From the NCBI GenBank assembly GCA_023205875.1, contig CP060754.1:1240001-1304000 (forward strand): DNA of 64,000 bases, written 5' to 3'. Every line of letters begins with the position of its first letter. The first letter of the stretch is position 1. This DNA comes from Chloropicon primus (taxonomy: Eukaryota). Below, in pieces: positions 21,501 to 32,833 of the stretch. A program made the translations under genes and the position numbers. The notes beneath the pieces were generated by a model. The model was not told where the DNA came from. It made no database searches and was given only the letters and a program-made list of their open reading frames with translations.

Positions 21501-23249
21501 CAGAAAGCCAGCTATTTTGATCTGGTTGCAGCTGTTTCCCATCATTCTAGTGTTCCGGCCCACCACGAGCCGGTGGAACACATCTTGTACACTCTTGACC
21601 TCTTTCACAATGTTATCAATCTTCTCCCAATCAAAGCCTTTGCCTCCCGTCCAGTCATCCGCCAGCTTCGTTGCCACCCTCCTCAGCGCGTTGGTCCCGT
21701 TGTACAGCTGAAGGTGCGTGATGACTTTTGCGACAAGCTGTGCAAGGGGGGCATACTCAGGCTGCATTGCGAGGCTGAGGAGGCCCTGCTCTAAATTTTC
21801 AAAGCGCCCCGCCTCTTTGGTAGTGTGCGCGTGCCCTGCGAGGGACTCTAACCCCTTTTGGTGGTAGCTCGCCACGAGGAAGCTCGCGCTTGACCAGAAC
21901 TTAGATTCCAAGCTCGATTCCTCATTCTTCAGAGTGTTCCATAGCCCTTCGATGCCACCTCTTTTGGCAAACTTTCCAATGAGCTTGGGTGACGCGCACA
22001 CCGCGACAGATGCGAGGGCACCGAGATTCGCCTGGCTGAAAGACGCCGTCTCTCCTCTTTCCAAGCAGTCCACGACCTTGTCGATGGCCTTGTCCACCGC
22101 CTTGGGGTTCACTTTGGCGGCACCGCTCCTCTCCTCCGTCGTCGAAGGGCTCGAGTTTGTGGAGACAAGACCAAGCACGTCTTTCCTCACCGTTTCGAAT
22201 TGCCCTGGATCGGCGGACGACAGATCCAAGTCACAGAGTATCCTGCTACTGACGCAATCCTCGCTGGGTTCCCACCACATCGTCCTGCTGCTGGGCAGGG
22301 AGGAGCCCGCGCGCCGGGACACATTTTCAGCTTCGCCGCCATTTCCCACGACCGCGTCTTCCCCTTGGCTTGGTTCGCGGTGCTGAAGGGGTTTCCCCCA
22401 CAAGAAGCTGCAATTCTCCACCTGCGAGTCCTGGAGAGCCACTCCGACCACGATGATGCTCAGGGTACGGTACCTCCCCCTGATGACCAAGTGGTCGACT
22501 GCGAGGGGTTCTGTGTGAACGCAGAAGCTATCGGAGAGCGGCGCCTCGTACTCCAGAGCAGGGCAAAGCTCTGAGAATCTACATTCTGCGCAGAGGACGA
22601 GGCAACAACAACAACGGAAGCAAAGCACAGGAGGAGGTGGTTGGCGTCAGGATAAGATCTTTGCAAAAAAAAAACAGTTTCTCCTCGTGCTACTCACTCT
22701 GTGTTTCATCGCGCTGACTTCCGAATATCCGAAGCCCAAAGCTTCCTGGACTCGTGAATCCTGCAAAGTCATTCAGCTTGCTGTCCGAGACGTACAGAGG
22801 CACGACCCTGACGTGCGTGATCCTCACCGGACGCTCGAAAGTTATCTCATCAACCTTTTCCCAGGTGAACAAGAGCAAGAAAAAGACACACACACGCGGA
22901 GAGAGAGAGAGTGAGTGAGTGAGAGTGTGCCACAAAGCGCGTAGCCGAGCAAAGCCATCACGTTCGCAAGAGAAGAGGCAAGAGTCACGAAGTCAGCACA
23001 ACGCAAGAACCTTCCATCCTCTCACCAAAAGTCATGCGACAGAAGAACAGAAGAATGGGAATGGCGATCTCCTCGTCCTCCTCCTGTGGCGCGCGTGCGC
23101 GTACGCGTCGTGAAGATGCCGAAATGGAGTGACCCCGCCGACGATCTCCTTCGTGTTTGCGTCGTGATCTCTCTTACCTGGTCGGACACGAGGTTCCGTC
23201 GGAAGGTTCCCGCGTAGAGCACCCTCTCCCACCTCTTGGCCGACGCCAT
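18564..23249 (-). CDS. VIR: Virilizer/VIRMA-like m6A writer subunit, exons 23249-23178, 22854-22698, 22585-18564 (~1416 aa)
   Basis: Spliced N-terminus VLYAGTF..DQ|VDEITFERPVRIT..GFTSPGSFGL..RFSELCPALEY..DHLVIRGRYRTLSIIVVG matches the VIR_N domain; helical solenoid follows. Confidence 0.85.
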
Positions 23250-23471
23250 CGCGATCGATCCTCAGTGAACCCTAAAATAACCGATCGATCGCCGCGATCA
23301 CTGGAGGCCGAGGCGAGGGAGAAGGGGCGGAGGCGGTGGCAGAGATCGAGCAGCGGGAGAGGGAGGGAGAGCGAGTTAAAAGCGGAAGCGTCTTGTTGCG
23401 AGCTTTCGAAAGAGTGCTCGCTTGAAGCTAGAGGTGGTCTGGTGAGGTTTTTGGAGAAAGCGGTTTGGGAT

Positions 23472-23475
<4 letters not shown>

Positions 23476-23549
<74 letters not shown>
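23476..23549. repeat. (AG)37 microsatellite between divergent VIR and CPSF2
   Basis: Seen directly. Confidence 0.97.
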
Positions 23550-23551
<2 letters not shown>

Positions 23552-23754
23552 GCGAGAGCGGGCAAGGGGGAGAGGGGGAGGGGGACGGAGGCGTGGGCGG
23601 ATACCACGGAGGGAAGATCATCGTCTCTTGATCTTTCGTTTGACTCCTTTGTCGAGGGAAACGACCCGGTGAGGTGGAGCATTGGTTTCGATTCGCCTAA
23701 ACGAATCGAAGGAGGGGAGGAGGTGGCGTGGCTTGTTCTCGGCGAAGCGGCGGG

Positions 23755-26078
23755 ATGCCTCGGATAAGCGTCGCACCCGTGTACGGTGCGGGGCGGAACG
23801 GTCCTCTCTGCTCGCTTCTCAAGATCGATGAAGACGTGAATATTCTCTTGGACTGCGGCTGGGACGATATGTTCAGGGTTCAGGACGTTGCAGCTCTGGC
23901 GGAGGTGGCTCCGACTGTGACTCAGGTCCTGATCTCCCACCCTGACATTCTGCACCTCGGTGCTCTTCCATACGCGAAGAAGCACTTTGGACTCGACGCG
24001 CCCGTGTACGCGACGCTGCCTGTCCACAAGATGGGCCAAATGTACCTCTATGACCAGTACCTCTCGCGGCAGGAGGTCCAGGACTTTGAGCTGTTTTCCC
24101 TCGATGACGTGGATGACGCGTTCGGTAGCTTCAATACACTGCAGTACTCTCAGACGGTTCAGCTCACCACAAAAGGTAAGGACTCTTCGATCGATTTCCA
24201 CTCTCTCTTCTGGCCTCCGTCGTTTCCAGCGGGTAACTGACTTGCAGGTCGTCGTCGTTCGTTCGTTCGTGTGTGTGTGCGTGTGTGTGCGTGTGGGCAG
24301 GCAAGAGCGTCTCCATCACGCCCTTCAACGCGGGGCACTTGGTCGGGGGGACAGTATGGCGAATAAACGTCGATGGGGAGGACGTTGTGTATGCCGTGGA
24401 TATCAACCACAGGAAAGACCTTCACTTGAACGGGGCGAACCTGGAGCAAATTTTTGACAAGCCGGCGCTGATGATAACCTCGGGCAGCAGTTCCCTAGTG
24501 TCGCCAGTGAGCAAGCAGGCAAGGGACAGGGAGTTTCTCGGTTCGATCATGAACACCTTGCGCCACGACGGAAACGTTCTTCTCCCCGTGGACACGGCGG
24601 GAAGGGTTTTGGAACTGATCTGCTTGCTGGAGACCCACTGGCAGAAGAACCAGCTCGGAAACTATGAGCTTGTGCTGTTGACGTCAGTGGCTTATAACAC
24701 GATGGAATTCGCCAAGAGTCAGCTGGAGTGGATGAACACGTCCTTCACCACGTCGTTCGAGCACACGAGGACGAACGCGTTCTCCACAAAGTTCATGAAG
24801 ATTTGCCATTCCAAGTCCGATTTGCTCAAACTTCCCAAGAAGCCAAGGGTGGTGATGGCATCGCTTGCCTCGATGGAGAGCGGTCCTGCACGCGAGCTGC
24901 TGATCGACTGGGCCATGGTTCCGAACAACCTGATTGTCTTCACGCAGAGCCCGGTTGCGGACTCACTGGGGCACCACCTGCAGACTGGGCTCTCTGGTAG
25001 CGTCCGGGTACAGGTGTCCAGAAGAATTCCGCTCGAAGGGAAGGAGCTTGAGCAGCACATCATGATGGAAGAGGAGAAGAGGATAAAAGAGGAGAAGGGG
25101 GAGAAAGGCGTCGACACGAAAGAAAATGCGGCATTCAGCTTGGAGTCTGCCAGGACAGCAAGTGGCGCGTTAGCAAGGCTTGCGAGCACTTCGAATGGTT
25201 CGTCCGTGCTCGAAGTAGTGGATCACGGGTTCAAGGACGTACTCATAGAGGGCTTTGTCCCGAGCGAGGACTGTGCCGGACCTTTGTTCCCCTTCAAAGC
25301 TGAGGTCAAGGAGGAGGACGAGTACGGGGAGGTCATTGATGCCTCCCGCTTCGAAATTGACTTGAACGAGGAGGACATCGCGGTCGCCAACAGCGCCGAG
25401 GCCATGGACGTGGAATTTGAAGCGGATGCCAGGCCCACCAAGGTTGTGTCCATAGGCATGACTCTGCATTTGCGGGCCACTGTGATGCTCATGGACTTTG
25501 AGGGGAAATCCGATAGCTACAGCATGAAGACAATCATTGGTAACATTGGACCAAGAGAGCTCGTGGTAGTTTCGGGCTCCTACGACGCCGTCCAGACTTT
25601 GATCAAAGGGGTCAAGAGCGGCGACTCGCCAAAGGTGCACGATCCAGATAACCTGCAGTTCGTCAGCGTGTCGTCTGCCGCTATTTCCTCCTTCTCCTTG
25701 AAGATGTCAGAGGACTTGCTGCGAGTCATCCAACTGCAGTCGATCGGCCCCTACAGCGTGGCCTGGGTCCAAGGAAGGGTGGAGGAGAAGGAGGACGATT
25801 CTGGAAACGCGGAGCACGTTTTGGGTCCCGTGGAAAAGAAATTCCGCAGTCAGCACACCGCAGCCTTCGTTGGCGATTTTAGTTTAGGCGACTTGAGGCA
25901 CGACCTCGTGAGAAGCGGCATCAAGACAGAGCTCGTGCAGGGAGTCCTTGTGTGCGACGACTTGATCTCGATCCAGAGGGCTGGGCCAGACAATGAAATC
26001 GTCATACAAGGGCCGCTGTCGCCAAAGTACTACAAGGTCAGGGACATATTGTATAACCAGTACAGCATCTGCTCATAA
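23755..26078 (+). CDS. CPSF2: Cleavage and polyadenylation specificity factor subunit 2 (CPSF100), exons 23755-24175 and 24301-26078
   Basis: ILLDCGWD, SHPDILHLGALPYA, NAGHLVGGTVW, DFEGKSD, GPLSPKYYKVRDILYNQY. Confidence 0.95.
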
Positions 26079-26109
26079 ATTATGATCTAGAATACAATGT
26101 ATGTAAAAC

Positions 26110-27567
26110 TTACAAGATGCCATAATCCAGGAGATTCAAGAGGTTCGCGAATTGAGGCTTGGAAGACTCTCGTGGACCGGCACCGCTTCCAATGAGCCTC
26201 GAGTAGAGCTCATTCTCGATCACTTCGAGGTCACCATTCGACCCGATGGACTTACCATTGGAGTCCTGGATCACGAAGCGGTGGACTTCTTGGTATCTCT
26301 TGTCTTGTTCCCTCCCGTCCCCAGAGAGCTCCACTGCGTACATCTCAGCATGAAAGATGCTGACCCCTAGCTGATTCAGCGTTGCCGTAAGGTCGTACAA
26401 AACTCTTGGCCGGCCGCGGAAGCCGGAGTCCACGGGGGCCAGGGCCACCACCTCCGTCTGCAAAACTGCCGTCGAGCTCCCCGCGTCGTGACGGTTCTGC
26501 ACCTTCACAAGGATCGAGCTCGTGATCGCGTGCTTGATCTCGGCGCAGACAAACTCTATCATCTCGTCCGTCAGCTTCTGGTGGTGCTCGGCCTCGTGAA
26601 CGAATAAGTCTGCCCTGCAGAGTTTCATGTCCAGGCTGATCTTGCTGTACGAGATCTGCAGACCAATATCCTTGGTGATGCGGAACAAGTCGTACAGGAG
26701 GCCCTTGCGATCTGGGCACTCGATGTGGATGACAGTCTGGGTCGGGCTCACCAGGTTGTCTGCGTTGACCTTGAGGGACTGGAAGATCTCGGCAACGTTG
26801 AACCTCGGCAGAATATCGAACCCCTCCTGAGAGGAGACACTTGACCTTCTGCTGCCGTTCCTTTCTCGGTTGGAGAGCGTCCTCATCATCGGCAAAGATG
26901 ACCTCGAGTCTTTGCAGTCTTTGGTTCCAGTCAGCAGCCTCGGGGAAGCGTTCTTGGACAGCCTCGAGTAGGGGTAAGCAATGCAAGTGACCTTCAAGTC
27001 AGAGTGTATTCTTTTGGCCAGCATCTCTTCGATCTGGTTGATGCGGCTCTGCTTTGGCAGCTTGTCCAGATTGTCGCTGACGTAAAACATGTCCATGCCC
27101 TTGTTGTCCGGACTCGTGCTAATGTTGGCCTTGTGGACCACAAGGTCAGCCTCCCACAAGCAGTGAATGATGTTGTGCAACGTTCCTATCTGGTCCTGAA
27201 ACTGGATCTGCAAGATGAACTTCTTGTGCCCGATCGGCCCCGCTGAACTCTTCAGCGTCTTCTCACTCGAGCAAAACCGAAGAAGGTGCTTCTTGAGGAG
27301 GTTCCAGTTCTTGGCACAAGGCGGGCTGCCGAAGCAGGGCCTCACGTGGAGCATAACGAAGCACCAACGACCATCGGTGGAGAAGTCGCCGTTGTAGACC
27401 GTCAGGCCGAAGTTGAATATCACTCTTGCGATGTCACAGCCAAGGCCTGTAGCGTCGGAGCAACTTATGCTCACGTCCGCAGAGTCTCCCGAGACATGGG
27501 CCTCCACTTGAACCACCTCCTCGTCCCTGTCGACTTCCAGAAAGGTGTTATCTCCCTGGCCTTCCAT
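26110..27567 (-). CDS. ACT domain repeat protein (ACR family, ACR9/10-like)
   Basis: SCSDATGLGCDIARVI, STDGRWCF, IECPDRKGLLYD, GRPRVLYDLT. Confidence 0.9.
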   Translation of the reverse strand: MEGQGDNTFLEVDRDEEVVQVEAHVSGDSADVSISCSDATGLGCDIARVIFNFGLTVYNGDFSTDGRWCFVMLHVRPCFGSPPCAKNWNLLKKHLLRFCSSEKTLKSSAGPIGHKKFILQIQFQDQIGTLHNIIHCLWEADLVVHKANISTSPDNKGMDMFYVSDNLDKLPKQSRINQIEEMLAKRIHSDLKVTCIAYPYSRLSKNASPRLLTGTKDCKDSRSSLPMMRTLSNRERNGSRRSSVSSQEGFDILPRFNVAEIFQSLKVNADNLVSPTQTVIHIECPDRKGLLYDLFRITKDIGLQISYSKISLDMKLCRADLFVHEAEHHQKLTDEMIEFVCAEIKHAITSSILVKVQNRHDAGSSTAVLQTEVVALAPVDSGFRGRPRVLYDLTATLNQLGVSIFHAEMYAVELSGDGREQDKRYQEVHRFVIQDSNGKSIGSNGDLEVIENELYSRLIGSGAGPRESSKPQFANLLNLLDYGIL

Positions 27568-27980
27568 CTCTCCGACTCTCTCCTGTGTTCTCTCTCAGAC
27601 AACCCTTGAGTACTGCATCTTTGCCACCCTCTCCCAAGGAGCGTTGTCGCGCGCCTCACCTCACTCCGCCGTGCGTGCGTGCGGGTAGCAGCCTCTGTGT
27701 GTGTGTGTGTGGTGCCAAACTACTCGGACCTCATTGCGTCTCGCTCGTGCCAAGCTCGGCTTCCACACGCTTCTTGCTGCCTCCTCGACTCGACTGTACG
27801 ATTGCCCCCCGTCGTCATGAATGGACTTGAATTCGTGAGGGGGGAGAACGGACGAAATATTCCGCCGGCGTGAGTTTGGAGGATGGAGGAGGATCGGAGG
27901 ATTGGATGACGGATACTCCCACACGTGATAACGATAAACTTATTAATTTTTTAGTTTCCAAAAGGATATACTTCTGAGGT

Positions 27981-29681
27981 TTACTTCTTTCCCTTGGCTG
28001 CTTTGTTCCTAATCGTGTTCACGCTCTTCCGGGTCTTGTATCCTCTCCAGTGAGACTGGATACGCGTCGCACTTCGGCTCCTCTCGAAGATATCCTCCTC
28101 GTCCAGCTCATACATGGCTTGGTCCCTCTCTGTCACCAATTGCGCCAGCAGCGACTCTGGATCCTTCTCAAGCTTAGAATTCAGTCTCTTGGCGCTGCCC
28201 ACAGCCTTGGAATCCTTTTGGATGTGAAGGCACCTCAAGTAAGTGTACCCAAAAGCTTCCTCGTAAAGGAGGAACTTCTCAATGTCATCGTGCTCCAGAA
28301 GCCTCAGCAAGAATGCTGACACGGCTGGCTGGTGAAGGACGGACTCTAGTTTGCTGGAATCACTCATCTCATCAATCTTGGGCACGATGGTCGTGGCGTT
28401 CTCGATGCAAAAGTCAAAGCATTTCTGGTTGCTGCTCAGCATCGCCAAAATCTCAAGAGCGACAAGCGATGTCGTCGTGTCCGTCCCCTCGAGCAATATC
28501 GACAAAATGCCGTAGGAATGCATCACCTTCAAGTCCTCGTCTCGCACTTTATACATAATTTCCCTGAGCAGCTTGCCTGCCAAACTTCTGACATCCTTCT
28601 TCCACGCCGTCTTCACAAAGGTGATGAGGTTTTCTATGTACAAGGGAGAGGTCGTGAAGTGGCTCACGCTCGCAGTGTCAAGGGCCCCGAGGATCGACTC
28701 GATGATCTTCTTGCAATTGCCATAGTTCCTTATGTACACTTGAAAGTTCAAAGCACGGTTCAGCGGCTCGAGGCTTTCGCTTCCCACCATCGCGTCGAAG
28801 CTGCTTCCCTTTTTGAACAGAACAGACAGGCAATGCAAGGCGGAGGAGACTACGTCTTCCACGTGGTTGTACGTGTCAAGGAGGAAGAGTATCTCTTTGA
28901 AGAGCTCCTGCTCAGAGCCCTCGATGTTTGAACTGGCTTCCATTATGTTTGCTATCGTCAGCGCAATAATTGCGCAGCACTTGGTGCCGTAGTCGTGCCT
29001 CAAGCACCCGGTCAGCTTCTGAATGATGTCCTCCTCCCACTTGTGCACGAGGTCCGCCTCGGAGCTGAGCTTCTTCAATATCATGAAGCAGGCGACGTTG
29101 TTGTCCTCGTCAACCTTTGAGAGAAGCTTGAAGACTCCCTGAGAGCCTCTCGCCTCGAGCACAAGCTTCCTGTTTCTGGAGTTCGAGTTGGTCAAGTGGA
29201 ACAATATCTTCGTCAAAGCTCGTTTGATGCTCGATTTTGTGGAAAGGAAGCACAACTCGATGGACTTCTCGATACCCTGCATGAGAAAGAACTTCTCTTG
29301 GTTCGAGGGGTGAGTCAGGAGGTTGCTTAGCGTTTCGGCTGCTATCCGAATCATATCCGGCTGATTGACGTGGTTCTTCTCCTTCTTCCGCGCCGTCCGC
29401 TCCGTCGCAAAGGAGCTCGACGAGCTTCCTATGGTCTTCATGCGGTTTCCTTGGTTTCCTCCTTGGTACATTCCGAAAATGAGACTCGCGAGAGCGCTCA
29501 CTCCTCCCACGTTTCCGATGTTCTCCTTGTTCTCCTCCGTCTTTGCCAAGGAAGCGAGGCCGTGCAGTGCATCTCGCTTCACCTCGGAGCTGTTGCTGAA
29601 TAAGAAAGGGTCCACGAGGGCCAAGAGCTGGTCGGGAGCGACTGCCGACTGCTGAAAGGACTTCATTTTGGCTTGCATCAA
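27981..29681 (-). CDS. Armadillo-repeat protein with C-terminal IQ calmodulin-binding motif
   Basis: ARM-like ENKENIGNVGGVSALASLI; IQ motif ATRIQSHWRGYKTRK. Confidence 0.8.
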   Translation of the reverse strand: MMQAKMKSFQQSAVAPDQLLALVDPFLFSNSSEVKRDALHGLASLAKTEENKENIGNVGGVSALASLIFGMYQGGNQGNRMKTIGSSSSSFATERTARKKEKNHVNQPDMIRIAAETLSNLLTHPSNQEKFFLMQGIEKSIELCFLSTKSSIKRALTKILFHLTNSNSRNRKLVLEARGSQGVFKLLSKVDEDNNVACFMILKKLSSEADLVHKWEEDIIQKLTGCLRHDYGTKCCAIIALTIANIMEASSNIEGSEQELFKEILFLLDTYNHVEDVVSSALHCLSVLFKKGSSFDAMVGSESLEPLNRALNFQVYIRNYGNCKKIIESILGALDTASVSHFTTSPLYIENLITFVKTAWKKDVRSLAGKLLREIMYKVRDEDLKVMHSYGILSILLEGTDTTTSLVALEILAMLSSNQKCFDFCIENATTIVPKIDEMSDSSKLESVLHQPAVSAFLLRLLEHDDIEKFLLYEEAFGYTYLRCLHIQKDSKAVGSAKRLNSKLEKDPESLLAQLVTERDQAMYELDEEDIFERSRSATRIQSHWRGYKTRKSVNTIRNKAAKGKK

Positions 29682-30360
29682 AATCTCACAGTCCTTTCAA
29701 GATTTTCCAAAAACACTTGAGAAAGCAAACCGCCCACCCCCTTTCGGAAGACAAAGGCAAAGACTCGACCTTTGTCCCTCCTTTCGTTTTGGGTGGTTGC
29801 TGTGGTCACTCCCGCACCGACACAAGAGCTCGAAAGGCAGTTGGCCTCCTCTTGCCACGCGCCTCCTCTCGCTCCAGTTGTCCTGTCTCTTCTTTCCCGG
29901 TGAAAGCAGAGAGAGGAAACATTTCATGCCTTTTTGAGGGGAACGAGAACAAGTCATTGCATTTCTTTACTATTCCCTTCTTGAGCAAATCATCTCGCGC
30001 TGCTGGTTTTGACTTTTCATCCCACACCAGGACAAAGACAAATCGACAAATCGACAAATCCTTCCCCTCCCCAAGGAGATAGGAGAAGGGAGAAGGGAGA
30101 GGGAGGAAAAGGCTTTCGGATAACGCATCACAAAGGCTCGAGGTTCGAGGTTCGGCTTCATTGGGATGGGTGAGCGTGTGTGTGCTGAAGGACTTGTCTC
30201 ACGTGTTGTTCCTGAGCTTTCTTCCATCATGACAAATTATTGCGGCCGAGGCCGAGGGGGAGGGATCCGGGCATAACGTATCGAGGGCTCGGCTTCTCTT
30301 TGGGTGAAGGGAAATACAGAAGAACAAAGGCGTGATGTATGACACAAAGGAGGGAAGGAA

Positions 30361-32517
30361 TCATTGCGATTGGCAAAGTTTCTCCAGCTCTTGCACAATC
30401 CTTTGGCTCAAGTGGGGGTAGGGGCACTGAGCTTCGCCCCCAAAAGGGCAAGGTTGTCCCTGAGCCGCTGCGAAGCAGTGGGGGACTCGTTGGATACAGT
30501 GGGGGGCCCTTCCCCCGAACAAGTCCTTCACCTTGGACCAAACGTTGTCGCATTGAGCGAGCTCTGACGCTGACAGGTGTGGGAGAGGGCAGCCCTTGCC
30601 ACATCTCCTGCCATCTGCCCAAGTCTTGCAGTGCCTCACCTGCTTCTTGTCGAAGAAGCGCTTCTTTTCTACCCAGGGCGGGAACGTTCCCGGAATCTGG
30701 AGAAAGTTTTTGCCGATCTCACCAATCCACTGCGGGGGGACAAATTCGATATCTCTGCTCAGGAGCCCCCTCGGTTTGCCTATGTTGACAGAAGCGACCT
30801 TGTTTTCCCCACCACCTTCTCCCCTCTCCTCGCCGGCGGATAAGCACACAACCCTCCTGACTTCCCCCCTTCTGTGGGACAGGACGTAGAACCCCTCCTT
30901 CCTCAACCCCGTGACGTGCTTTAATATACAACCAAAATTTTGTGCACCCACCTCCGGGCTGAAGGTGAACCCCTTGCAAGCGTGGACGGTGCCCCGATTC
31001 ATTCTCTCCGTCTGCGCCACTCTCTCCGTCTCCGCGTCGACCTTTGCGAGGAGGAGGTGGGCGTTAGGGTGCAAGAACAGCTCCCACCACCACCTCATCA
31101 TTTCTTGAACGGTGTAATCCTCGTAGTTCTCGTGCAGGGAGTACTCCAATTTTGCTGCTGGGAAAGCGTACTTGCTGCCTTGGGAGCCTCCCAGGAGCCC
31201 AAGGTACGAGTATCGAACCAAGAGTCGGACACTCCCGTACGTCCAAATGCTGTAAAACAGATTGGACCCTTCTTTCAGCAGCTTCTCGTTCATCACCTGT
31301 GCGGCTTTCGCGGTGCGCGGGCAGCCAGACTCCTCCCCGAACAAGGCCACGCTTTTGTGCCTCCCAATCTGCTTTGAGTGACTCCTCATGACACAGTTTC
31401 GCACGCCCTCCTCCCCTACTTTGGTCAGCATTTCCTTGGCAGAGACTTTGTACTCTGGAAGTGGGTCGCTGACATACACGATCCGCTTGTCTTGATCTTG
31501 TGACACCTTCACAGGAACTTCCCATCGCGCCTCCGCATTCTCGGGAACAAGGGACAGCAAAGAGGTCAATGCTTCACTAGTTATCGCGACAGCGGCGTCG
31601 TGCTCTATGCAAAGCTCTTTGGCCAGCGCATCGTTCTCTATGGGTCCTACACAGGTCTCTCTAGCGGCGTTGTCCTTCAGGTCCGGCCCTACAATGTTGC
31701 CATCGGGGAGGTAATCCTGCAGCCTGTCGCTCTCCAAGATCCGGAGAGCACCCAAACTGCAGACGGCGCGCTCGTGTGAAAGCAAACCTTCTGTATCATT
31801 CCCAGACTCTCGGTGGTTTTCCAGCGCAATCACACCATCGACGGAGCAGCTCTTCGGCATCTTCCGAATCTCCTTCGACCTCTTCGAAACATAAGCTCTG
31901 AAGACCTCCAGCGCTCCCGCAGAGAACTGCTGGTACCGTTCCTGGTACTGGGCAGCTAGATTCTGGAAGAATGCTGCACGCTCTCCCGCTTCCTTCGCGG
32001 CTCTCTCACCGCAGTAGTTCACTCTTTCCTGGTCCGCGGGTGATAGGTCCCAGTACTTGGCTGCGTTCTCGACGTAAAATCTGTGGTCCGCAGCGCATAA
32101 CGACGAGTAGGGCAACTTGTACGAGACGACCTTGCCATGAGACTTGAAGCTCCTTGTCCGAGTTCGAACTCCTCCTCTTGTCTTCCCGTTCGACTTGGAA
32201 ACTTCCCTGCGCTCCGCGTGAGGGGAGCAGCTCGCATTCCGCTTGCCATCATCGCCCGCGGACCTCGGGCTTTCCCTTCCTGGGCAGGGTGTCTGGGGAC
32301 CCAAACACTGATCGGTTTGCTGCCCAGTGGGCTCATTGGGATCTGCCTCAGCCTTCCTGCACCGTTTCGCGGCGGAGGTGCGCTCCGAGCATTCGTCCAA
32401 CGGAGCTCCACATTTTCGAAGAGATCCAGGAAACTCCTTCCCCTCCCGCCGCCGCCGCTCGACATGTCCCGACTCAGCGGCGTCCATGTTCTCTGCACGG
32501 CCCGCCTCCCCCATCAT
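30361..32517 (-). CDS. NARG2/ICE2-like protein (little elongation complex subunit 2) with two C-terminal CCCH-type zinc fingers
   Basis: YSIWTYGSVRLLVR..AKLEY..EDYTVQEMMRWWWELFLHPN resembles NARG2_C; CKTWADGRRCGKGCPLPH and CFAAAQGQPCPFGGEAQCPYPH. Confidence 0.72.
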   Translation of the reverse strand: MMGEAGRAENMDAAESGHVERRRREGKEFPGSLRKCGAPLDECSERTSAAKRCRKAEADPNEPTGQQTDQCLGPQTPCPGRESPRSAGDDGKRNASCSPHAERREVSKSNGKTRGGVRTRTRSFKSHGKVVSYKLPYSSLCAADHRFYVENAAKYWDLSPADQERVNYCGERAAKEAGERAAFFQNLAAQYQERYQQFSAGALEVFRAYVSKRSKEIRKMPKSCSVDGVIALENHRESGNDTEGLLSHERAVCSLGALRILESDRLQDYLPDGNIVGPDLKDNAARETCVGPIENDALAKELCIEHDAAVAITSEALTSLLSLVPENAEARWEVPVKVSQDQDKRIVYVSDPLPEYKVSAKEMLTKVGEEGVRNCVMRSHSKQIGRHKSVALFGEESGCPRTAKAAQVMNEKLLKEGSNLFYSIWTYGSVRLLVRYSYLGLLGGSQGSKYAFPAAKLEYSLHENYEDYTVQEMMRWWWELFLHPNAHLLLAKVDAETERVAQTERMNRGTVHACKGFTFSPEVGAQNFGCILKHVTGLRKEGFYVLSHRRGEVRRVVCLSAGEERGEGGGENKVASVNIGKPRGLLSRDIEFVPPQWIGEIGKNFLQIPGTFPPWVEKKRFFDKKQVRHCKTWADGRRCGKGCPLPHLSASELAQCDNVWSKVKDLFGGRAPHCIQRVPHCFAAAQGQPCPFGGEAQCPYPHLSQRIVQELEKLCQSQ

Positions 32518-32833
32518 CGATGGATTGATCTACGGCACCAACAAAGCCTCCGCCTCCAGGGGGGACAATGGAGGGAAGATGAGATGAGTCCTGGGATCAA
32601 GTGCTTGATGTGTTTGGCTTGACGCCTGCCTATCAAGCAAAGCAGTCTGAAGATCTCAGCTTCAATTTTGAGTGCGTCGAAGACCATCGGGATAGCGCTC
32701 TGAGGGTCTCCCTGAGAGAAGGGAAAAAGCAAAAGGCAGGATGATGGATGATGACGATGATCGTGCAGTCTAGAGAAGGGAGTGAAACCCTTACTTGGGG
32801 ATAATCATAATATTTTTGTTACGCAAATGGATC

